Part shown: positions 8,505 through 16,565 of the stretch, piece by piece
How positions within the stretch are numbered: the first letter of the stretch is position 1
Layout of the letters: each line of letters starts with the position of its first letter
Assembly: GCA_018650165.1 (NCBI GenBank)
Contig: JABIGM010000016.1
Span: forward strand, 1-39,904
Direction: 5' to 3'
Source of the DNA: Methanobacteriota archaeon
GTDB lineage: Archaea; Thermoplasmatota; Poseidoniia; Poseidoniales; Poseidoniaceae
Length of the DNA: 39,904 bases
Position numbers and translations under genes: made by a program
The notes under the pieces: generated by a model
What the model was told of the DNA's origin: nothing
The model's database searches: none
Seen by the model: only the letters and a program-made list of their open reading frames with translations

Positions 8505-9458
8505 TCAGACCAAATCAGTCGACTTCTTTTCCGCACGTACTTGGACAACAGTCCTGTAAACTCCGAAAATAGCCCAAAGTGTACACATTGCAATCAGAAG
8601 TGTGTAGCCCCAAGGTAGTTCGGTATCAACAGCCCAACCAAGACCAATTGCTAGGCCAAGTGAAAGAACACCTCGGCGGATGCCTTGTGGCAGAGCCAGA
8701 CGCATATCGAGATGAGGTGGACCTCCGCCAAATCTGCGCTCATAGAATTCTCCTTGCAGAATTGCTGCAATAATAAGAATGGAAAGGGTTGTCCAAAAGT
8801 AGAGGTTTCCTTGTTCCAAATACCCACTTGCTAGTTCTGCCTGATGCTCTGCCTCAAGTTGCTCATCGCTCTTTTGACCGAATAATGACTCATAATCTCC
8901 AACACTAATTGTTCTGAGACTCGGGTCTTCGTCAAGAGTCGCAGTACCTGGTGCACTGACGGTGAATGAGAGAGTGGTCCAATGGTCGCCAGCATCTGGC
9001 AACCCGCTTCCATCAACAGCATTGCCGGCTAAAGAAAAGTGAATATCTCCAACATCTTCTGACGGTGCAACCCATGGAATAACCCAATCATTGGCAGGTG
9101 TACTTTGAGAAAGTGCGCCACCGGAATCTGCAACTTCTTTTGTTCCATCAACAACGGTAAATACGCCTGCACCATAATCCCAAATCATGAATCCACCAAT
9201 CGAGTTAGATGAATGCACTAGGCTAATTGTCAGGTCATATGTTTCACCGACTTCGTAGGCACGGGGAACGCCAGAAATTGAAAGAATTAGTTCAGTTGAT
9301 GGCGAACCGCCTGCGCCATGACAAGTACATCCATCCTCCGGGACAATTCTGTCACCTCCATCCTTTATCCAAGGTGGTCCTTGTGAGTTTCCAAAGGCCG
9401 GAGCAGCCAGCAGAATAGCCAGAGTCGCAACCAGCAGGACAGAGAACCTACGGGACAT
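8505..9458 (-). CDS. Exported Reeler-like (choice-of-anchor V-like) domain protein with a CxCH motif and C-terminal TM region
   Basis: Signal MSRRFSVLLVATLAILLAAPAFG; NSQGPP, GCTCHG, GVPRAYEVGETYDLTISL, GGFMI, W..PWVAPSEDVGDIHFSLAGNAVDGSG..DAGD; about three TM helices at the C-terminus. Confidence 0.75.
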   Translation of the reverse strand: MSRRFSVLLVATLAILLAAPAFGNSQGPPWIKDGGDRIVPEDGCTCHGAGGSPSTELILSISGVPRAYEVGETYDLTISLVHSSNSIGGFMIWDYGAGVFTVVDGTKEVADSGGALSQSTPANDWVIPWVAPSEDVGDIHFSLAGNAVDGSGLPDAGDHWTTLSFTVSAPGTATLDEDPSLRTISVGDYESLFGQKSDEQLEAEHQAELASGYLEQGNLYFWTTLSILIIAAILQGEFYERRFGGGPPHLDMRLALPQGIRRGVLSLGLAIGLGWAVDTELPWGYTLLIAMCTLWAIFGVYRTVVQVRAEKKSTDLV

Positions 9459-9537
9459 TATCTTGGCCCACCTGTGGATGCCTATTGAACATTGTCACTT
9501 CTACCGCCCCTTAAGGGGCGTGATTAGATAGTTCAGT

Positions 9538-10959
9538 TCACAATTCCTTGATTGCACTGTTTAACTGTGTCATCATTGCCTTACCATCGCCAAACAGCAT
9601 CATTGTCTTATCTTCATAGAACAAATCGTTGTCAACTCCTGCATAGCCAACCGATAGACTTCGCTTGATAATTACCACAGTATTAGCTTGGTCCGCATCG
9701 ATAATTGGCATTCCAGCAAGCGGACCTTCACCTGTTCGTGCTGCCGGGTTACAAGTATCGTTTGCACCAATTACAATCGCCATATCACATTCAGGGAATT
9801 CCGGATTAATTTCATCCATCTCGATCAATTGCTCATATGGCACATTTGCCTCAGCAAGTAGGACATTCATGTGGCCAGGCATACGCCCTGCAACTGGGTG
9901 AATTGCATACTTTATTTCTGTGCCAAACTTGTCTGCCATGAGGTCTGCAAATTCCTTTACTTGGTGCTGACATTGACTTACAGCCATTCCGTATCCTGGG
10001 ACGATGATTATCTTCTGTGCACCATCGGCCATCATTGCAACTTCTTCAGCATCAGTACCTGCTTTAGTACGAGTGAGTTCTTGCTTTTCGCTTCCCCCAA
10101 AGGATTTGAACAATACATCAATTAATTGCCGGTTCATTGCTTTACACATAATTACAGTCAATATTAGACCAGATGCCCCGACAAGGCTTCCAGCAACAAT
10201 CAAAACGCTGTTGTTGATGATGAAACCAGTGAATGCTGCAGCAATACCTGAAAGTGAATTAAGAAGACTTACGACAACAGGCATATCTGCTCCACCTATT
10301 GGCAGAACTAGTATAATTCCAAGCAAACATGAAATTGCAATAATCGCCCAAATATAATCAGTATTTGTCGGGTCTTCAATTGAAAGATAAATCAGTGCAA
10401 GTACACTGATGAATAACAGTCCCTTGACTGGGTTGAGCCAAGTTGGACCCCATGTAGGAGTTCGAATCCACTTTCCAAAGACCTCGATGCCACCTTTCAA
10501 TTTGTACATTGCAAGAAGTGAACCGGTTAGTGTCATCCAACCAACAAGGGCTGAGAGACCAGCGGCAATGACTGCGACAGTAGTAGCAAGTCCAGATTCT
10601 GGAGATGTTGTCTCGATCCACTTCCATGTTTCGGAAAGGGCAACAAGTGCTGAGGCCGCTCCACCAAATCCATTGAACAGTGCTACTAATTCAGGCATTC
10701 CAGTCATCTCGACTTTGACTGCCATGATATATCCAATGAGTGAACCAATTATGAGACCTGAGCCAATAATTGTCCATCCAACAATACCATCTGGTAAATA
10801 ATTCATATCAATAACAGTAGTAAGAACAGCAACTGCCATCCCCATCATTCCGTACTGATTGCCTTTAGGAGCAGTTCGAGGATGACCTAATTTCTTAAGC
10901 CCCATAACGAAAAGAATAGCAGAAATAAGATATCCAAAAGAAACCCAATCACTCAACAT
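9538..10959 (-). CDS. pntB: NAD(P)+ transhydrogenase beta subunit
   Basis: MTGMPELVALFNGFGGAASAL, GGADMPVVVSLLNS, PGYGMAV.Q.QH, HPVAGRMPGHMNVLLAEA, GYAGVDN.LF. Confidence 0.97.
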   Translation of the reverse strand: MLSDWVSFGYLISAILFVMGLKKLGHPRTAPKGNQYGMMGMAVAVLTTVIDMNYLPDGIVGWTIIGSGLIIGSLIGYIMAVKVEMTGMPELVALFNGFGGAASALVALSETWKWIETTSPESGLATTVAVIAAGLSALVGWMTLTGSLLAMYKLKGGIEVFGKWIRTPTWGPTWLNPVKGLLFISVLALIYLSIEDPTNTDYIWAIIAISCLLGIILVLPIGGADMPVVVSLLNSLSGIAAAFTGFIINNSVLIVAGSLVGASGLILTVIMCKAMNRQLIDVLFKSFGGSEKQELTRTKAGTDAEEVAMMADGAQKIIIVPGYGMAVSQCQHQVKEFADLMADKFGTEIKYAIHPVAGRMPGHMNVLLAEANVPYEQLIEMDEINPEFPECDMAIVIGANDTCNPAARTGEGPLAGMPIIDADQANTVVIIKRSLSVGYAGVDNDLFYEDKTMMLFGDGKAMMTQLNSAIKEL

Positions 10960-10960
10960 T

Positions 10961-11272
10961 TCAAGCCCTCCTCTTCTTTCCAGCAATCATATTCAGCATG
11001 CGGTTTGTTACAGCAAATCCACCTACTACATTGATCATAGCAAGTACTAGTGCAACGAAGGCTAGGATTCCAGAAACAACAGTATCTCCTCCCTCATATG
11101 CCACATTTGCACCGAGGAGTGCGCCAACTACACTGATTCCAGAAATTGCATTTGCACCGCTCATCAAAGGAGTGTGTAGCATGGCGGGTACCTTGGTGAT
11201 TAATTCGACACCAAGGAAAATTGATAGTACGAAAAGAGTAATTGAGCCAATTAATAATTCAGGAGTCATCAA
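10961..11272 (-). CDS. pntAB: NAD(P)+ transhydrogenase alpha-2 (membrane) subunit
   Basis: VPAMLHTPLMSGANAISGI, INVVGGFAVTNRML. Confidence 0.96.
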   Translation of the reverse strand: MMTPELLIGSITLFVLSIFLGVELITKVPAMLHTPLMSGANAISGISVVGALLGANVAYEGGDTVVSGILAFVALVLAMINVVGGFAVTNRMLNMIAGKKRRA

Positions 11273-12432
11273 AGAGCACCTCCTAGCCGAGTTTGCTTTG
11301 GATGAAGTTCCCCATCTTTACAGATAAGAACTCCTCCCATTCCAGATACATAGAAATCACTACCTTCTGGAGCACCAACTAGAATATCATCGGTTTCAGA
11401 AATCTGGAAACCAATTTCTTTGTCAACTAAACTGGTAATGAAAGTAGTCAAGTTATTTGAATATAGCATTGATGCCGAATTTGCAAGCGTACCGGGTAGA
11501 TTAGAAGTTCCAACAATAATGACTCCATTATCGGTAGTGAATACTTCCCCTGGTTTTGTTAGTTCACAATTTCCGCCAACATCAGCATTCATGTCAACAA
11601 CAACTGCACCTGATTTGAAATTTTCAATTGCTGAAGCTGGCACAGTAATCGGCGCAGGCCTTCCAAAAATTCTTGCAGTCGTTACAATGATATCTGCATC
11701 ACTAGCAACTTCACAAACAGTGTCATTTACCTTCTGAATAAATTCTGGAGTCAGCGGTTTAGCATACCCTGCCTCATCTTCGAAATCATCCATTCCATCG
11801 ACTTCAATAAAGCGACCACCAACAGATTCGATTTGTTCTGCGGCCGATTTACGAACATCGGATGCATAAACAACTGCGCCGAGACGTTTCGCAGTAGCAA
11901 TAGCCTGCAAACCGGCAACACCAGAGCCCATAATGACAACCTTTGCTGGCCTTATAGTCCCTGCTGATGTAGTCATCATTGGAATTCCACGAGGTACATG
12001 TGAGGCACCTAACAGTACCGATTTGTATCCCGCTAAATTGTCCTGGCTAGAGTTCACATCCATAGATTGTGCACGCGACAGCCTTCTTGGAATCATATCC
12101 ATACTCATCAGAGTAATCCCACCATCTATGCAAGCCTGTACTTTTTTGGGGTGACGGAAAGGATCAGCAACACAGGCCACTATTTGGCCTTTGGATAGTT
12201 CTTTTACCTCTGGAATACGGATTGCTATAATGATTTCACATGATAAAGCAGTGTCACGATCACAAATAGTTGCACCCGCATTAGTATAGTCGGAATCTAA
12301 GTAATTTGCAGCCTCTCCCGATCCACTTTCAACAAGAACCTCAAATCCTGATTTAATCAATTTTTTCATGCTACCCGGCACTATTGCAACACGTGTTTCT
12401 TCCACGGGTTCCATAAGGACTCCAATTTTCAT
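11269..12432 (-). CDS. pntAA: NAD(P)+ transhydrogenase alpha-1 (NAD-binding) subunit
   Basis: ETRVA, SRAQSMDV.SSQ.NLAGYK, MMTTSAGTIRPAKV, GSGVAGLQAIATAKRLGA, GGNCELT. Confidence 0.96.
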   Translation of the reverse strand: MKIGVLMEPVEETRVAIVPGSMKKLIKSGFEVLVESGSGEAANYLDSDYTNAGATICDRDTALSCEIIIAIRIPEVKELSKGQIVACVADPFRHPKKVQACIDGGITLMSMDMIPRRLSRAQSMDVNSSQDNLAGYKSVLLGASHVPRGIPMMTTSAGTIRPAKVVIMGSGVAGLQAIATAKRLGAVVYASDVRKSAAEQIESVGGRFIEVDGMDDFEDEAGYAKPLTPEFIQKVNDTVCEVASDADIIVTTARIFGRPAPITVPASAIENFKSGAVVVDMNADVGGNCELTKPGEVFTTDNGVIIVGTSNLPGTLANSASMLYSNNLTTFITSLVDKEIGFQISETDDILVGAPEGSDFYVSGMGGVLICKDGELHPKQTRLGGAL

Positions 12433-12593
12433 GTTTTCACCTCGCGATTGCACCTGCGCGCACTCGCTGATTGGCCCCACCTATATCCGGTTCTTGAACG
12501 ACTCGGTTGAGTTCGGCCAAATCGGTGTTCGTAACAACACCGCCTATGCTTATGGAGGTCCTATGTCTGGGGCGTCATATCGGAGTGGTCAAT

Positions 12594-13532
12594 ATGGCAA
12601 CCGGACGTAGAAAGATAGCAGTAATTGGAGCCGGAAATGTTGGAGCAACTTGTGCATTTGTACTTGCACAAATGAAAGTAGCCGATATTGTATTGCTCGA
12701 CATTTTTGAAGGATTTGCCAAGGGTAAGGCACTGGATATGAGCCAAAATAGTAACGTTTTGAACTATGACGGAACAATAACTGGTACTGCCAGTTACGAA
12801 GACATCGCCGGTAGTGATGTTATCGTTGTAACCAGCGGTTTCCCTCGAAAACCAGGAATGACCCGCGAGGACTTGATTGGGAAGAATGCAGAAATTGTCC
12901 AGCAAGTTGGAACTGGAATTAGAGAGCATGCCCCAGATGCAATCATCATTATGGTTACAAATCCACTAGATTTGATGACCTATCACATGCAGAAAGTAAC
13001 TGGATTCCCGCTTAATCGCGTAATTGGTCAAGCAGGTGTTCTTGACAGTGCTCGTATGGCTCACTTTATTGCATTAGAATTGAATTGTGCCGAAGAAGAT
13101 GTTTCTCCAATGGTTCTAGGCGGGCATGGCGATACAATGGTTCCTCTTCCTCGTTACACTACAGTTGGTGGAATACCAATCACTCAACTGATGTCGGAAG
13201 ACCGCATTGAAGCTATTAGTGCCCGCACAGCAGGTGGGGGCGGAGAAATAGTCAAGTTACTCGAAAGGGGTTCAGCATTCTATGCGCCAGGTTCTGCTGC
13301 TGCAATTATGGCAGAGGCCGTGCTAAATGACCGCCGAAGAGTTATCCCTGCTTCGTGTCACCTAACGGGACAATACGGTTTGGAAGATGTTTACATCGGT
13401 GTACCTTGTATTATTGGTGCAAACGGCGTTGAGAAGATTTTCGAACTAGATCTAAGTGCAGACGAACTTGAATCGCTTCAAGGCTCCGCTAACTTTTACA
13501 AGGGTCAACTGAAAGAGATACTTGGTTACTAA
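12594..13532 (+). CDS. mdh: Malate dehydrogenase (LDH-like MDH)
   Basis: GAGNVG, RKPGMTREDL (Arg specificity loop of MDH), LDSAR, GGHGD, GGGGEIVKLL..GSAFYAP. Confidence 0.96.
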   Translation: MATGRRKIAVIGAGNVGATCAFVLAQMKVADIVLLDIFEGFAKGKALDMSQNSNVLNYDGTITGTASYEDIAGSDVIVVTSGFPRKPGMTREDLIGKNAEIVQQVGTGIREHAPDAIIIMVTNPLDLMTYHMQKVTGFPLNRVIGQAGVLDSARMAHFIALELNCAEEDVSPMVLGGHGDTMVPLPRYTTVGGIPITQLMSEDRIEAISARTAGGGGEIVKLLERGSAFYAPGSAAAIMAEAVLNDRRRVIPASCHLTGQYGLEDVYIGVPCIIGANGVEKIFELDLSADELESLQGSANFYKGQLKEILGY

Positions 13533-13570
13533 TTGGATAGAGGCCTATCACTGAGCACCTAAACAGGCCA

Positions 13571-13930
13571 TCAGTTTGTTGTCTGACCATAATTAATCGC
13601 AAGATATGTGCTGATTAGGTAGGCCGTAATGGTCACAATTAATCCGAGTGCCATTGCTGCTTCAAAACTCCAATTACGCCGTAACAGTATTGGAATAATC
13701 AAAAACAGAAGTAGAGATGGAATCACCAGCCAAAGAATCCCCTCTGCATAATCGGCGACCTTCTCAACATCCTTCGTATCGTTGTATAACAATATCAAGG
13801 ACATTATGCTCATGAACGGTATTGAAATTAATATTGCTCCATAAATTGTTGATTTTTTGGCAATTTCACTAGCTGCAACAACGATTGCACCACTAAACAA
13901 ACCTTTTGCCAGCCAAGATAACCATGTCAT
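13571..13930 (-). CDS. DUF3147-like small membrane protein
   Basis: K.L.SGAIVVAASEIAKKS..YGAILISIP..S.MSLI.LY....D.EKVA pattern; four TM segments. Confidence 0.75.
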   Translation of the reverse strand: MTWLSWLAKGLFSGAIVVAASEIAKKSTIYGAILISIPFMSIMSLILLYNDTKDVEKVADYAEGILWLVIPSLLLFLIIPILLRRNWSFEAAMALGLIVTITAYLISTYLAINYGQTTN

Positions 13931-14121
13931 ATTTGCAATGAGTCATGCTCATTCTATCAATGATTCCCAGTTATTGGAATGCGCCGTGCAGAAATGTCCA
14001 ACGAATATCATCTGCGGTCACATTTTTGTAATGCAAACAAATTCTCTCATCATTGGCCACTTTACTATGGTAAGCCAAGAGGTTTGTTTAGTAGAAATTA
14101 TTGCTAGAGATTTGCCTCAGG

Positions 14122-14775
14122 TCATTTTACCAGACGTATTGCTAATGAGTGAGATATTCCAATTGATGTTGCATCATCAACCGGGTTTGAAACACGTACT
14201 AATTGCTTACCCTGCTTCCCACGACTTCGCATACGCGCAAGAATTTCCTGGCCTATGTAGCATCCTTTTGCCTCATGAACTAGATGGCCCAATCCACATG
14301 CGAGTGGATGGTTTGAAGGCGTTATCTCCTTTCCCTGAATTGGAATCATATTTTCGACACGATAGTTCTCAAATTCCATTTCTGTCATCGTTACTTCAAG
14401 TTCAGTATTTATTGGAGCCACAATAATCCAACCCCGAAAAGTTTCACAGATCGTAACATTACCTGGAACCGCGATTTCACTTGTAGCGAGATATACTTGA
14501 TTGGCAGAAGAAACATCTGATATTGTGACATCTTGTGCAAGTATTTTTCTATTGATGTGCTGAACTAGATTATCCTTGTACAGGTTGTGCCCAATAAGGG
14601 CAACAAAACCTTCAGACACAACCACATCAACCATATCGATAATTTTTGCAGTTTGGGTGGTAAAAACAGTAGTACACGTTCCGTCTACTTTGTTAGTCGA
14701 TAGTCCGTTGACCAATGAAATCGAATCTTTACCGCGTAAAACTAGAACATAGTAGTCGAGTTTTACGACACCCAT
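14122..14775 (-). CDS. ygfZ: YgfZ/Iba57-family protein (compact)
   Basis: Signature KGCYIGQEILARMRSRG; N-terminal LRGKDSISLVNGLSTN. Confidence 0.9.
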   Translation of the reverse strand: MGVVKLDYYVLVLRGKDSISLVNGLSTNKVDGTCTTVFTTQTAKIIDMVDVVVSEGFVALIGHNLYKDNLVQHINRKILAQDVTISDVSSANQVYLATSEIAVPGNVTICETFRGWIIVAPINTELEVTMTEMEFENYRVENMIPIQGKEITPSNHPLACGLGHLVHEAKGCYIGQEILARMRSRGKQGKQLVRVSNPVDDATSIGISHSLAIRLVK

Positions 14776-14787
14776 TACAATCAGCAC

Positions 14788-15192
14788 TCAAGCGAATGAT
14801 TCACCGCAACCACACGAACTTTCGGCATTTGGGTTATTGATTTTGAAACCGCCGCCCATCATCCGATCGACATAATCAATCTCGATACCATCAAGGAGGT
14901 GCGAAGTTGCATTTGGAACTAAAACACGAAAACCATCAAGATTAATTTCTTGACAATCCTGCTCTGTCGATTCCACTATTTGTAAATCATACATGTAGCC
15001 TGAACATCCGCCTGACAACACACCAACCAATAGTGCATGTGACCTATCATCTCCAAATGCGGAAGAAAGCATTTCCTTTGCCTTCTCAGTGATTGTTAAA
15101 ACGACTTCAACGACCTCGGGTTTGTTAATGACAACAGAGGGGGCAGTCTCACATGTGTTGCAGTCCATGACAATGTGAAATGGTGGACTCAT
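14788..15192 (-). CDS. A-type Fe-S carrier (IscA/SufA/HesB family)
   Basis: LTITEKA, GGCSGYMY, IDYVDRMMGGGFKINNPNAESSCGCGESF. The start may instead be 15168. Confidence 0.95.
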   Translation of the reverse strand: MSPPFHIVMDCNTCETAPSVVINKPEVVEVVLTITEKAKEMLSSAFGDDRSHALLVGVLSGGCSGYMYDLQIVESTEQDCQEINLDGFRVLVPNATSHLLDGIEIDYVDRMMGGGFKINNPNAESSCGCGESFA

Positions 15193-15193
15193 A

Positions 15194-16561
15194 TCAACCT
15201 GTGTGCTCAATTGTATTTTGAATTGATATTTCGAATAAACAATGGTCTTGTCCTTTTGAAGTGCACAGGCGCTCGGATGCAGTAGCCTCAAACCCATGAC
15301 GTTCCATTAGTATGCCTTCCAAAACCCCCTCATCCATATGGCACAATATAGTACCAAGTTGAGGGTTATTATCACAACTTTTCGAGCCCTTGACAGTTAC
15401 AATAGTTGGAGGTATATTGTCAATAACAAGTTCGCCCATGCCAAGGTTTGCCCACTGGATTTTGAGTTTTTTCCAGAAATCTCCGTCATCAACTTCATCT
15501 CTTAGTTCAAGAGCTAACTCCCGACCAATTCTTTGCCCGACGCTTCGTAGAATTTCATTCATATTTACGCCAAGTTCTCCTAGAGAAGCGGCTGAAATAC
15601 CCATCGTGAGTGGCTCATCAGGTCTACGGATTATTGCATTTGTGAATCCCATGCCCTCTTCATCACTTATCAGGCCACGAAGGCGTTGGTAGAATGAACC
15701 CTCTCCTATAGTTAGACGTAATGGTTCCGTAATCATTCCATCAACTAACCTTGCGCGAGCGGAATCATATGCTACACCTTCCCCCCACTGAACTTTTAGT
15801 AATTCGATTTGAGCCATCATGTAATCTTTTGATTCAATCAATAGAGCCGCATCTTCTTTCCCACGTCCAGTAGGGTTAGATTCTGAATGAACAATTTGGA
15901 TGCCCACTTCATCATCGACATACACTCCCATTTGAGACTGGTTATCTTGGTGTCGAACCTCGATTCTCTTGTCTAATTGGTCATAAAATCTGATTGTTTT
16001 GGAATCAAAATTGGCAACTAGTCTGATTTCAACACCGCGTTCTAGGGCTTCGGTTAGTGATTCTAATATTCCGGAACGCATGAGGTGTAGAATACCCCAT
16101 TTAGACATTAACATCCAAACATTATCTTCTGCTTCTTGTAGCATATTTTCTATTGTCGCATAGATATTATGTCGGTCTTTAACAACGGTAAACAATGCTT
16201 CAGCGGCCGGACCGGAGAAATCAGATTGAATTACAGTGGCGTTATTGCTTAGTTCATCCAAATGCTGTTGAAGCCGACGAACATTTGCTTCTTCGCGTTT
16301 GATCATCTGTTTGAAAACATCAGCAACAGGAATGCCTGTAAATCGCATTGGCTTGTCAAGAGTTGCCATTACAAGCCCCATTTCTTGCAACTTACGAAGG
16401 CTATTGTACGCATCCATTCGGGAAATTGAAACAAGTTTACCAATATCACTTGCCTTTAGGGGTGGCTTACCACAAAGAGCCAAGACAATTTTCGCAAACT
16501 TTTCATCTAAACCACCTTCAATCAACCGGTCAATAATCTCGCCACTAGAATCGGTAAGCAT
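15194..16561 (-). CDS. TrmB-family regulator with a C-terminal V4R domain
   Basis: N-terminal TrmB HTH (LKASDIGKLVSISRMDAYNSLRKLQEMGLV...KPMRF), central effector-like domain, C-terminal G.GQRIGREL..WANLGMG..CHMDEGVLEG..ERLCTSKGQDHCLFEI. Confidence 0.85.
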   Translation of the reverse strand: MLTDSSGEIIDRLIEGGLDEKFAKIVLALCGKPPLKASDIGKLVSISRMDAYNSLRKLQEMGLVMATLDKPMRFTGIPVADVFKQMIKREEANVRRLQQHLDELSNNATVIQSDFSGPAAEALFTVVKDRHNIYATIENMLQEAEDNVWMLMSKWGILHLMRSGILESLTEALERGVEIRLVANFDSKTIRFYDQLDKRIEVRHQDNQSQMGVYVDDEVGIQIVHSESNPTGRGKEDAALLIESKDYMMAQIELLKVQWGEGVAYDSARARLVDGMITEPLRLTIGEGSFYQRLRGLISDEEGMGFTNAIIRRPDEPLTMGISAASLGELGVNMNEILRSVGQRIGRELALELRDEVDDGDFWKKLKIQWANLGMGELVIDNIPPTIVTVKGSKSCDNNPQLGTILCHMDEGVLEGILMERHGFEATASERLCTSKGQDHCLFEISIQNTIEHTG

Positions 16562-16565
16562 TTTA

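Noticed and set aside
13857-14426. 189-aa plus-strand ORF
   Set aside because: Largely antisense to ygfZ and the DUF3147 gene; no motif.
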